Positions 25,605-37,347 of a DNA stretch of 64,000 bases are shown piece by piece. The notes under the pieces are model-generated. The model did no database searches. It saw only the letters and a program-made list of their open reading frames with translations, and was not told the DNA's origin. Made by a program: the position numbers and the translations under genes. Numbering within the stretch: the first letter of the stretch is position 1; each line of letters opens with the position of its first letter. The stretch lies in the NCBI RefSeq assembly GCF_018350175.1, contig NC_058371.1, forward strand, positions 112,778,001 through 112,842,000. Direction: 5' to 3'. Source of the DNA: Felis catus. Taxonomy: Eukaryota.

Positions 25605-25829
25605 GGGGTGCCTGGGTGGCTCAGTCGGTTAAGTGGCCGGCTTCGGCTCAGGTCATGATCTCGTGGTCCGTGAGTTCGAGCCCCGCGTCGGGCTCTGTGC
25701 TGACAGCTCAGTGCCTGGAGCCTGTTTCAGATTCTGTGTCTCCCTCTCCCTGACCCTCCCCCGTTCATGCTTTGTCTCCCTCTGTCTCAAAAATAAATAA
25801 ATGTTAAAAAAAAAATCTTTTTAAAAAAA
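25605..25829 (+). mobile_element. CAN-SINE (fairly young)
   Basis: TSD AAATAGTGTTCTTTA. Confidence 0.95.
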
Positions 25830-27575
25830 ATAGTGTTCTTTAGGTTTTGATTTACATATCAGATACATTTTGGTACTACAGAATAATTCTGTGTTTTGAA
25901 TGTATACAGGGGAAGTGTATCAGAAAACATCTGAAATAAGGAAAGCACAAGAGAGGTAGAAACCCATCATGCCACTGATCTTTCCCAGACAGGAAAGGCC
26001 CTGAGCCTCCAAAGGCCAAGACAAACTCCTTCCCTGGAACTTCATTGCCCTCTGCTACTCACTACCAAAGTTAAGGGTCTTGGTTTGCAAACCCACATGT
26101 TTCCAGGCAGAAACAGTCTTCAGTGTGGAAGGCACATGCTGACAGTGTTGTGCAAACCCCGGGGTAAAACTGGACTTTTGAGCACCCGTCACATTCTCTT
26201 ATTACATTTTCTTAAGTCAGATTTCTTCCTCATGAACTGCTGTGCTCCCTGCTCATTTAATTAAACTTTCATAGGTATTCATTTTGGAGTGTGACTCTAT
26301 TTTGACCTAATTATCTGCACTTCTCTTATTTACATAGAATAATTGATGTCTTTTATATTTACCTCAATTCCCTCCAAGATCAATAAGGAGCATTTGTCGG
26401 TGTGGTGAGATCTTTTAAGACAGGTCTATTTGCTCGCTCGCTCTCTCTCTCTCAAATTAAAAACAAAAACAAAAACAAAAACCATGTCTATTTGGAAAAG
26501 AGTCTGAGGTAACCTAGGCCTACCCCAAAACGCAAGGTCAAGGGAAGGAGATATTCAGAATTCTGAGAGGGAGATTGGGGATACAACCCTGGGTGTCCCA
26601 TTAGATCACTGGAGAGCAGTGGGTGACAGGATCAGAGGGTAGATGCCTGGCTCAGCTTGTCCCTCCCACTGCCTGGGAGAGGGATTAGTCCTGCCAGAGT
26701 CTTGAAGGAAGGCCTGGGTCTCAACATCAGTGTTCCAACCAAAAATCTCATAAGGAGGTGGAGAGTCATCTCTGTTCTGTCAGATTTTGCTCAGGAAGGG
26801 GTTGAGGGTTGGTTAAAAGTTCCTTGGCCTCTTTGGTGTGTAAATAAATTATGTCTTTGAGGAAAACAAAAATCTTTCTAGAATTTAGAATTTTCAGAGA
26901 GGTCTAAAGTGAGAATGTTGAGAAACGAAATAACAATTTTTCTCCTCTAGGGCAGGTATTGGTTTATGGATGAGTTTTTAAATTTGCAATATTAAGAACA
27001 CAAAAAGCATTTCTCTTTCACAAAACCATGTGCCGTCCATCTTTTTGAAAATATCTCCAATAAACAGAGCTACACAAGTCTGGGTGATGTGGTAGTTTGT
27101 GGTCATTTATTACAGTGGTTCGAGGAAACTAATACAATAAAAAAAATTGCCCCTGCCCTTAAGGAAATTTATAATCTCCCACATGGAAGTGGATGGATCA
27201 AGCAGGACCTTAAGAGCTGTGCTAACAAGAGCTTCAAAAGCATAAGAGGCAAGAGACAGAGAGATAATCTCTGTGAACAAGAAAGGCCTTGAGTATGGAG
27301 TAGCTTGTGAGTGTCTAAAGAGTTGTGAGTGTCTAAAGAAATGGGGAGTTGTGATGGAAAGGTATTCTGAGCAGAGGGAATTATGGGAGAAAAAGAGCCC
27401 AAATGTAAGATGCTCAGAGGATCTCAAATGGTTCAGATTGAGTAAATTCTGCCTATGGAATAGAGTTCTGGAAAAGCAGGTTAATATTATAAGAAAAGCC
27501 CAGAAACGGTGTGTATGTTTTAACATATTTCTGTGCCAGAGAAATTTTGAGCTGGTATCAAGATTATCCAGGCTA

Positions 27576-27801
27576 GGGGTGCCTGGGTGGCTCAGTTGTT
27601 TAAGCGTCCGACTTCGGCTCAGGTCACGATCTCATGGTCCATGAGTTTGAGCCCCGTGTCTGGCTCTGGGCTGATGGCTCAGAGCCTGGAGCCTGCTTCT
27701 GATTCTGTGTCTCCCTCTCTCTCTCTGCCCCTCCCCCGTTCATGCTCTATCTCTCTCTGTCTCAAAAATAAATAAACGTTAAAAAAAAATTTAAAAAAAA
27801 A
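27576..27801 (+). mobile_element. CAN-SINE (fairly young)
   Basis: TSD AAGATTATCCAGGCTA. Confidence 0.95.
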
Positions 27802-28403
27802 AAGATTATCCAGGCTAGTACCGTTATTTTATATAGAGGAAAGGAAATTAAAGGACAGCCTTACTTTTCCAAGATCAGATAGCTAGGTCTGCAATAAAGT
27901 CAACACTAAAATTCAGATCTTTTGTTCAGTAATTAAGTTGTTTTTGCAATAAATTTCCATCTTTCAAATATTCCTTACTCTCTGGCCTACTGTTTAAACT
28001 TTCACTACTAAATATCAATTAACTGCTACTTTTTGAGCCCCAGTTATTTACATTCAATGTTAATTACCTATCTGGTTATGGGTTAGAACACACACAATAA
28101 ATCTTTTCATAAAAATTCCTGGTGGTGTTGCTGGGCACCCTCCCAACCTTCCCCTCCATCTTTCCCAACCTTCAATAGCCCCTAAAATAAGCCTAGAAAA
28201 GTCACCATCTAAAATGTTTTATGTCTAATATTATGCTACATATTAAAGTTTTCAATATAGAAAATTAAAAAAAGAAAAATGACCCATTATCTCACTACTC
28301 CGCTAATTCCTACTGGCTATCTTTTTAATGAAATACAAACACATCATAAGAAAGCTCAAATATTTCAGAAAAATAAACAGTATAAATAGTAAGTAGAAAC
28401 TCT

Positions 28404-28616
28404 CTTTTTTTTTTAATGTTTATTTATTTTTGAGACAGACAGAGAGAGAGAGAAGCAGGGGAGGAGCAAAGAGAGAGGGAGACAAAGAATCTGAAGCCAG
28501 CTCCAGGCTCCAAGCTGTCAGCATAGAGTCGGATGTAGAGCTCGAACCCATGAACCAACCGTGAGATCATGATCTGAGCTGAAGGTGGACTCACCCGACT
28601 GAGCCACCCAGGCACC
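28404..28616 (-). mobile_element. CAN-SINE (SINEC)
   Basis: Reverse-complement consensus. Confidence 0.95.
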
Positions 28617-29249
28617 TTTTAGAACTTTCCTTATTTTGCTGCCAGGTCTTCCTCCAAACATACATCACCAACAAATTCTTGTTTGTCTTTCCAGAGAACA
28701 ACAACAAACAAACAAACACCATGCAATTGTAGATGTTTTTCTCAGTGTAACACTATACATGATGTGCTGCCTTGCTTTTTTATTTTTCTTAAAGATAATC
28801 TGGAATCTTTCAATATTACAACCTACAGAACCATTCCTTTTTTAAAAAAAAGCTTTACAATATACCATTATAAGGATACACCATCATTCAGCTAAGCAAC
28901 CCCCATTATTTCCAGTGTTTCGTTATTACGGTGCTGAATAATATCTCACACATACATCTAGAATGTTTTTGCAAGTGTATTTCAGACTAAGCTCCTAGTT
29001 GCAGAAATACTAGCGATTATTATGCAAGATTCCCCAGGTAATAACCCTGTAATACTCCCCTGTCCACTGCAGGTAGAATCTAAGCCAAATTATCTTACCT
29101 TGATTTACCAGGTTTTCCAGACTTGGAGTGTCTGTCTCTTTAGCCTGGCAGTTACTCTTAATTTATAACCTGGAGATACACCAGCCTTTTGCCCTTAAAC
29201 CTGCACACTCATTCCTTACCCCAGGTCCTTTGTACTTGCTCTTGCTTCT

Positions 29250-29520
29250 TACAACCTGCTGTGAGAGGTGGCTGCCTCTGTCATTTTGGTTTCAATTCAA
29301 AGGCACCTCCTCTGTGAGGCCTAAAGAGCTTAAATGAGCATTTCCACCCCTTCACATCATACTGATTTATTTTCATCTTAGCACTTCACTCTACATGAAA
29401 TTGTTCTGTCTTCCCCTCTGAAATGTGAGCTCCAAAAGAGCAAGAGCCCTATCTCTTTTCTTCTCCGCTGAGTCTCAAGAGCTCAGAAGAGCGCAGTCTC
29501 GAGGAATATCCGGTGAATAA
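29250..29520. mobile_element. L2 3' fragment
   Basis: TTCAAAGGCACCTCCTCTGTGAGGCCT...AATGTGAGCTCC...TGAATAAATG. Confidence 0.6.
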
Positions 29521-30121
29521 ATGGTCAGAGGATGAATGGGTTTAAAATGATCAGAGAGGTGGCCAAATTGCTTTCCAGAAAGAGTCGCCAGTTGTTACTG
29601 TCACTGACAGTGCCTGAAAACCCTGGAAGAGCACTTAGTACTATCGAGCATTTACCATTTTTTCTAATTGTCCATTTTAAAGGTAAAAAATGGGGAACTA
29701 TCTCCTTTTTCGGAGTAATTTTTCTTTAGACACTGTTAAGAACAAATCAGATATTTGTTTCTAACATAACCTCATATCCATCTTTGAAAAATAAACAGGC
29801 GATAAAAACTGTTATTTAAGTAAGAAAGATAGTAAATGAGAATTTTCCATACTGGTTGGAAATTGATGTCATGACTAGTAAGAGTATGGAACTTGAAAAG
29901 TCAATCTTTTTAAGACAAAAAAGACTTATCCTTGCAATATGCAATAAAACGTTTGCTGGAATTTGATTCCTTTCTCACTTCCCTCCTTTTTTTCATTTAT
30001 TTAATCAACAATTGATTCACTTTACAAATATTTATTGATTGCTCACAGTCCTGGATACTAGTAAAATCTTTATCTCTCACCCATCTTCTCGGTCAATGTC
30101 TCCAAGCTTTTTGGCCTGGGC

Positions 30122-30326
30122 TTTATTTTTATTTATTTATTTTTAAAGTTTTATTTGTGTTTGAGAGAGCACAAGCTGGGGGGGGGGGGGGCGGGCAGAG
30201 AGAGGGGGACAGAGGATCCCAAGCCAGGTTCTCCCTGACAGCAGTGAGCATGGTGTGGAGCTTGAACTCAGGAAGGTCACGACCTTAGCCCAAGTCCCAA
30301 GCACAACGGAATCACACAAGTGCCCC
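30122..30326 (-). mobile_element. CAN-SINE (older)
   Basis: TSD CTGGGCTTTATTT. Confidence 0.9.
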
Positions 30327-30507
30327 CTGGGCTTTATTTCTAAATTCACTCTGACTTATACTGCATAAATATCTGGAATGACAACTCTTAAATGGAGATA
30401 TGAGGAAAGTCTATACATGAAATCTATGGGAGGATCAACTTATAAATTAATTTGCTAATCAACCAGTCTAGCTCTTTGATTTACATAATATTGTACTGGA
30501 TTTTTAT

Positions 30508-30717
30508 CCTTTTTTTTTTTTAATGTTTTATTTACCTTTGAGAGAGAGAGAGTACGAGTAGGGGAGAGGCAGAGAGAGGGAGACACAGAATCTGAAGCAG
30601 GCTCCAGGCTCTGAGCTGTCAGCACAGAGCCCAAAGTGGGGCTCGAACTCCTGAACTGTGAGATCATGACCTGAGCTGAAGTCGGATGCTTAACCGACTG
30701 AACCACCCAGGTGCCCC
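30508..30717 (-). mobile_element. CAN-SINE (SINEC)
   Basis: TSD ATTGTACTGGATTTT. Confidence 0.95.
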
Positions 30718-31379
30718 AATTGTACTGGATTTTCACAACGCTTTCCTTAATTTCTTATTATACCTTGCTCTTTTAGAGATATTTCTCCCAGTTCCCACTT
30801 TTCAGACATTCCAAGCAACGTGACTTTGAATGAAAATACCCTCTCCTTAGACGAGAGGTGTGGTGGGGAAATTGGGCACCAGAAGAAGGGAATTTTCTTC
30901 TTGGTCCTAATGTCCAACTAATTTTTAAAGCATAGGTTCCTTATTATATTTTAAGCTTACAATTACATTCATAGATTAATTATTAGATACCTCCATGTCT
31001 CATATGTCTCATTTTTCCAAACTTGTGGAGAGTAAGTGGAGGAATGGACTGAGTAGAAACTCCTTTTCCTTCTGAAAAGAAAGAGGGGATGTAGATAGAC
31101 GCTGAGTTTAGGACATGGCCGGGAGACTGGGGGTTCAGTAGGGGGTCAACATTACACTTAGCCTTCCCCTCAACACGATTCTGTTGCATCTGTATAAAAC
31201 GAAATTTCTCAGGCATACAAATGAAGTTTTTGCATTGGACCAGTAGGTCTAGTTCTTCTATCTGCTAACTTCCTTACCCCCTTTGTCTCAGTTCATTAAC
31301 TGTACCTCTCCCCAAACCTAACTCTTCCACTTATCCTCTCTCCCTCTTCCGGCTACTAGTCACTCTCCACTTTCCACCC

Positions 31380-31450
31380 CTTCATCCTCCGCATCCCCAG
31401 CCCGCTGGTGATTGAGCAGAGCTCTGCGGGCTGCCGCGCCGCGGGTTTAG
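31380..31450 (+). other. Candidate non-coding first exon (start approximate)
   Basis: Ends in a strong donor TTTAG|GTGAGT at 31450/31451, at the left edge of the CpG island. Confidence 0.4.
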
Positions 31451-31816
31451 GTGAGTCAAAGCCGCGGGTGGGGGACCCCGAGGGTACGGCAGGAGCAAGG
31501 AGGTGGGAAGCGCATTCCTTTCACGTGTGATCTCAGCGCAAACCTGCCTGGAGTTCTGCTGGCGAGACAGCCGGCAGGTTTTACTATTTCTTTCTCATCT
31601 AGTAGCCAAGCTCGCGGGTCCGCGCGCCTAGGGGCTGCGCCCCGCACGAGGAAACTACACTCAAAGGCCAGGCTAGGCTGCCCACGAGGTTGGGACTGGG
31701 AATTGTGGATGACCTCGAGGCGACTTCCTCCTCGGCGCCCTTCCTCCACGCCCCTAGGCACCTTCGCGTCAGCAAAACACCCCCTCAGGCCGAGAGGTCT
31801 CGCTCTCTCTCGCTAA

Positions 31817-31964
31817 NNNNNNNNNNNNNNNNNNNNNNNNNNNNNNNNNNNNNNNNNNNNNNNNNNNNNNNNNNNNNNNNNNNNNNNNNNNNNNNNNNNN
31901 NNNNNNNNNNNNNNNNNNNNNNNNNNNNNNNNNNNNNNNNNNNNNNNNNNNNNNNNNNNNNNNN
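31817..31964. other. Assembly gap (N) inside the CpG island
   Basis: Run of N. Confidence 1.
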
Positions 31965-32089
31965 CTAGGAGCTGGGAGCCGTGGCACAGGCAATGCTCAA
32001 CCCTGGATGTAGCTGAGAGAGGCTGAGAGAGGCCGGCCGCCGGAGACCCAGCGGCGAGGGGAAAACCTAGGGGGGGTGGGTGGGGAAAA

Positions 32090-32261
32090 NNNNNNNNNNN
32101 NNNNNNNNNNNNNNNNNNNNNNNNNNNNNNNNNNNNNNNNNNNNNNNNNNNNNNNNNNNNNNNNNNNNNNNNNNNNNNNNNNNNNNNNNNNNNNNNNNNN
32201 NNNNNNNNNNNNNNNNNNNNNNNNNNNNNNNNNNNNNNNNNNNNNNNNNNNNNNNNNNNNN
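32090..32261. other. Assembly gap (N) inside the CpG island
   Basis: Run of N. Confidence 1.
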
Positions 32262-34263
32262 ACTGGTAGGTGATGCTTTCGCGTGATACTCTTCCCGGGA
32301 GCCCTGCGCGTCCCCGCTGTGTGCCTTAATGTCGATATTTTCTGTCCGGGGCGTGAATGGAGCGATGAATCGCGGGCAGCAGAGAGGTGGTGGCTGAGTT
32401 CTCCGGTCTCCCGGGTGCAGGAGCCACTGGGGCTGCATGAAGCGCGTGGGTCTGTGAGTGCCCCTGTGTGAACCGTCGCTACACATACATCTTTAACAGA
32501 TTATATAACGTAGATCATACATGTGTGTGTATAGAGTAGATGTCTGCGCGACTGGGAAGGCGGGAGAGATGCCACAGTCCAGATTCCCTACCTGTGCAAC
32601 CTTCTGGTTTTCACCTAGCTTTGGATTTTCTCGCTTGGCCTCCAGCAAGCTGAGTGTGAAAGGCAGTGAAGGAAGGACCCGATCTCCTGCTCCGTTTAAC
32701 CCTCTCTCGCCTGCGCGCTCTAGTCCTCGCCCTCTCCCCATCCCTCGTGTCCTTCCTTTCTCCTTGCAGACCTCCTACTTCATTGCTCTACTCTCTACCG
32801 CTCCCTGGCCGGATTTCTCCTTTCCTGGACCCCTTTCCCGGCGCGGATCCCTTTCCGGTTTCATTAAGAGGCGGGGGCGACGGGGGGGAGGGGACAATGA
32901 AAACGGTAATAAAAATGAATGAACCCCAGCGAGTGGAGCCACGCCATTATTAAGTTTCTGTTTTACGGAAACGCCTTTTGGACACACTCCGTTCTAATTC
33001 AGTAGGAAGCTGTTGATTGGAGTTGAGACACAGATTAAAAACCCCTCGGTCCGCAGAGTCCTTGGGGGCCTTTCCCCAGAAAAAACTTCCAATAGGGAAA
33101 GAGTCTTTCTTGTTTACGGTTTCCTCCGCCAGTCCTTTTGAAAATCCCAGTGTGGGAGGCGATCCTATGTCACCTTGCAATATTTAACAGGGGAGGGTGT
33201 GTTCATCTCGCTTCTTCCTTGTAGACCGAGCTCCTGTGGCAGACATTCCCTTCCTCCCTATAAACCCGGGTCTGGCTATCAGTAAAGTGCAAGCTCAACG
33301 CACCCCGGAGCTGGGCAGTGGCCTGCAGCCTCCTGGGTGCTCGATGGGAGGGTCGGGCGGAGAGGCTCTCCGGCGCCAAGGGATCTCGCCCGCCGCCGCG
33401 TGCTCTAGCGCGCGTGCCCCGCGCGGTCTCGACCGGCCTTCCCTCCCCCATCTCCTCAATGGGAAACCAGAGACGCCGGCGCGCCGGGGGGTCAGGGCTG
33501 GCTGGTGCTGTAGGAGGGGGTGCCGCGGGCCGGAGCTGGTGGAGGGAGGTTCAACTTCCTTTACTCCGGTCCCCAGGAGTTGCAACTGGCCTCGGGAGGC
33601 TGGGCCGCCGCGCCCCCCTCCTCCCGCCCCGCGGGCCCACCCGAGGCCCGCTGGCCATTTGCGGCTGCACGCGTGCGGAGCCCGCCCCCTGCGCCCAGCG
33701 CGCCGGCTGGGCCCGGCCTGTTGGGGACGAGCGTGGAGGGCCCGGAGCACCCACACCCGCTGCGGCTTGGCTGGGGGACTGCACAGGGTGCGGGGCGTGA
33801 GGGGGTCCGAGGGCTGCGTCTGGCCAGACCCGGAAGCCAGCTGGGGGACACGATCTTCTCGGAAGCCCAGGAAGTGCGGCAGGCACTTGGGGCGCGGGGC
33901 TGGAGCCCCTCCTGGGCCGGCGAGGCCGGAGAGCGCCGAAGATGGGTCCGGAAGGTGGTTGAACACTGGGGAGGCTCGATTCTGTAGGAGTGCAGACACT
34001 GAAGGGTCTTGGCGCCTGGGGAAGCCACCCCCTCTCGGCCTCGGCGGCCTGGGGACCTTCTCCGAGGCACTTCCTCCTCCAGCGTTGAGGGTGGTGCGGA
34101 AGGCGGGGCGGGGGCGGGGGCCCGAGGCCGCAGGCGCTGGAAGCTGCGCCGCGGGGCAGCTGAGGGGCCGGGTCTTCTCTGCAGCTGTTTGTCATGTTCT
34201 CTTGCCACACCACTCGAGCGCATCTTCTTCCCCCATTAGCGCTGTGTGCTCTGTGTTTTCCAG

Positions 34264-34442
34264 TCCGCCTTGTCTCCTACTTGCCGCACCTTTATTGAAC
34301 CTGCCTATCTGGAGCCGGCGTCCCCTCGCAGTGGCTGCCCCCATTCCCGGTGGGCCAGCCCTCCCTTGCACCACAGCGGTGGATATTGCCTCTTATTTAC
34401 TGGTTGCCTTTTCTCTGAGGCCACTTTCTGTAGCTTCTCCAG
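34264..34442 (+). other. Candidate non-coding exon at the right edge of the CpG island
   Basis: Acceptor-like GTGTTTTCCAG| at 34263 and donor CAG|GTAACC at 34442/34443. Confidence 0.35.
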
Positions 34443-36111
34443 GTAACCATTTCCCGCCTCTTCTTTCCATTCACTCAACAAGTACACACTGAACCAGACG
34501 GGGCCTAGCCCTCCCCGGAACTGAAAATGGCAAAAATGCGCCAAGCTGTTTTCTCCTGTTGAGTCTTGACCACGGTTTTCTTACAGCTTTTTACAGACCT
34601 TTCTAATGGCAACATCTTTCCTGGCTCTTACTTATATACATGAATATTTGCGAGTATGTCTGTGCCTCCTCTGTGCCTCATCAGCTCTTTAGGGCATGGT
34701 TCTTGTCCCATTCCACTCGTGATTATACGGAGCACGTTGAAGAGTGCTTCGTACGACGCAGATGCTGGAGAAAATGCTTATCAGTGAGTTAAAATGATGA
34801 TTGGTGCTCATTTTATTGCCAGCACTACCTGTTAATACCTGAAGCTTAACAGGTTTGGTCTTCCCACTGCATTTGAATACTACATCCTAGTCCTATATTG
34901 GGATTTTTCCGTTCCTTTTTCTTGGTTGACCCTATGTTCTTGGCTTGCATATTGCAGTCAAAAATCCTGCTAGCTGTTACTCTTTCCTTGCACGTCTACC
35001 TGACCTTAATTGTCTTGCTATCTCCTTTTACCCCAGAGGGTGTGCATTTCTCCCAATATCATAGGGGCCCAATTTTATAAGCCCTCCTCACCAAAATCCC
35101 AACCGCAAAAATGTCTTGAACAAGGTGTGTAAGAAAATGATTTTCTTTTCATTTCCCTTGTTAATAGAAGGGAGCTCTATAACCAAGGCTTAGACCCTCT
35201 TGGGGCTAGAGGAAGTTTAGGAAACCAGAGCCTTATCTTTTCCAGGACTCAAAATGGCTTGAAATAGTTTCTGGAGGAAACACACAATGTTGTGAAACAT
35301 CTACTCTCTCTTTTGAGCAATCATTTGCACTTGTCCTTAAAAATGTCTTAGACGTGGCCTCAAACAAATCTTATTAATTTCTAGATTTAGAACTTATCTC
35401 TCAAAAATGAGCTACATGGTCTTTTGAAGAATTATGAGAAAGGCCAGGCGTGCTGTTTTGTCAGTATGCTGTCTACACTACTTAGTATTATTTAAAAGGA
35501 GCTTAAATAATCCCTATTCATTACCTTAATACATACTAATGTTATGATCCCCTTATTTTTGGAGTGGTACTTGTATAAACACCAAACTGTTCAATTGTGG
35601 CAAGTTTATCAAGTTTATTTATTGCTGCTTTTTACAAAATATTAACCCTATAGTCGTTGTCTTAAACACAGGATAAATACTATAGACCTTTTTAATTTTC
35701 TAGCAAATAGTTTCATGTATAATAAATTAGATAAGCAATTGAAATGCAAAGTAATAAATATATTTCCCTTGGAGAATCATCCTGAAACCTCATCTTGAAA
35801 CTACATGTCAAGTTAAAAATACCGTGGGTAATATTATCTGGTAGATGATATTTTATTAGACGAGGTAGAGGTAGAGCAAAATGCATGCTTTTAGCCTCAA
35901 TAGCATTTTTGACTTCCAATTTTACACTGAAAAGCCCTGTGATTTTACAACATTGAAAAGAAAGGCATTTTGTTCCTTAATGAGATGTCTGGACTTTACC
36001 TGTTATTTTCACTAATAGCTGATTTAATTTATAAGTGCTGCTTGCAAGGAAGCAAAATCACATGGTGACTGGTAAGGCAAGGCGACATAAAAATTCATTG
36101 AGTGAGAAGGG

Positions 36112-36299
36112 NNNNNNNNNNNNNNNNNNNNNNNNNNNNNNNNNNNNNNNNNNNNNNNNNNNNNNNNNNNNNNNNNNNNNNNNNNNNNNNNNNNNNNNNN
36201 NNNNNNNNNNNNNNNNNNNNNNNNNNNNNNNNNNNNNNNNNNNNNNNNNNNNNNNNNNNNNNNNNNNNNNNNNNNNNNNNNNNNNNNNNNNNNNNNNNN
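36112..36299. other. Assembly gap (N)
   Basis: Run of N. Confidence 1.
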
Positions 36300-37107
36300 T
36301 CATCACAGGCCTTGCCTAGAACCTCATGAAACCCTCCCCCGCTCCCCTTTGGCATCTTTCACACATCCAGCCTTTCACTGCTTTGTATATTTTTCTGACT
36401 TTCTCCTTTCCACTCCCCCCACGGTGGCGTTGGTTATAAGGCTTTTATTGTTTATATTTTGTGTTTTGTATTTTAGGATCTATAAGATAGTGTAGGCAAT
36501 TTTAGGATTCAGTATTTAAGAAAACCTTTTTATCTACAAATTGGTTTTTACTAAGGAAAAAAAATGAGAAGAAACACTATTTAAAAGGAATTGTACATCT
36601 ATACCTTCTTATATGTGAGGTTTAGAAAGTAATGTGACGGACAATTTATGTATTAAAGACCATAAAAATATTGTAAGCCTGTGTGTGAGTATATTACTCA
36701 AAACAGCATCATGTCTGTGAAACTTCTAAAATGCAGGCATAGGATTAAGCTGTTGTTTCTTTCTGTAGTGACAACTGTTCTGCATCAATCCCTAGAATCC
36801 TTGAGATGTTCTGTATTCATTTATAAGAAAAATGACTGGAGAATACTGCAGTCTACTCCCATGAAACAGGAAAGGCCAGAGTCTCATTTAATCTGCCACT
36901 ACAGCAAATACAAATTTGGTCAGCTATCTAGGAAAATACTATGTCCACATAATACTCCTGCTTCCTTCCACTTTGGGGAATCACAGCTCATATTAGCCTT
37001 AGGATTGAGAAGTCCTAAGTGTGAGGAATTTAGCATGTCATTCAATAAACTTTAGAAAGCACTGGGATATTGGCCTAATATTTACTAGGTTAAGAATGAG
37101 AGGACCG

Positions 37108-37347
37108 AGGGTCGCCTGGGTGGCTCAGTTGGTTAACTGACTGGGGCTCAGGTCACAGTCTCACAGTTCATGGGTTCGAGCTCCGAGTCAGGCTCTGTGC
37201 TGGCAGCTCGGAGCCTGGAGCCTGGAGCCTGCAGCCCGCTTCAGATTCTGTGTCTCCCTCTTACTCTGCCCCTCCCCTGCTTGCGCGCGCTCTCTCCAAA
37301 ATAAATAAACATTAACAAATACTAAAAAAAAAAAAAAAAAAAAAAAT
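37108..37347 (+). mobile_element. CAN-SINE (SINEC)
   Basis: Internal GAGCCTG triplication; long A tail. Confidence 0.95.

Larger units (their letters stand above)
31390..34560. promoter_or_regulatory. CpG island / promoter region of an unidentified gene (probably + strand)
   Basis: Sharp rise in GC and CpG density against an AT-rich background, and SINE-free. Contains GC boxes (34102-34120), E-box CACGTG (31522-31527), AP-1-like TGAGTCA (31452-31458), TATAAA (33259-33264) and the palindrome GCACGCGTGC (~33666-33675). Confidence 0.9.

Noticed and set aside
33197-34492. 431-aa ORF and the many overlapping 150-234 aa ORFs on both strands in the CpG island
   Set aside because: Starts at GTG; Arg/Pro/Gly/Ala low-complexity with no recognisable domain. 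All six frames are open because GC-rich DNA lacks stop codons.
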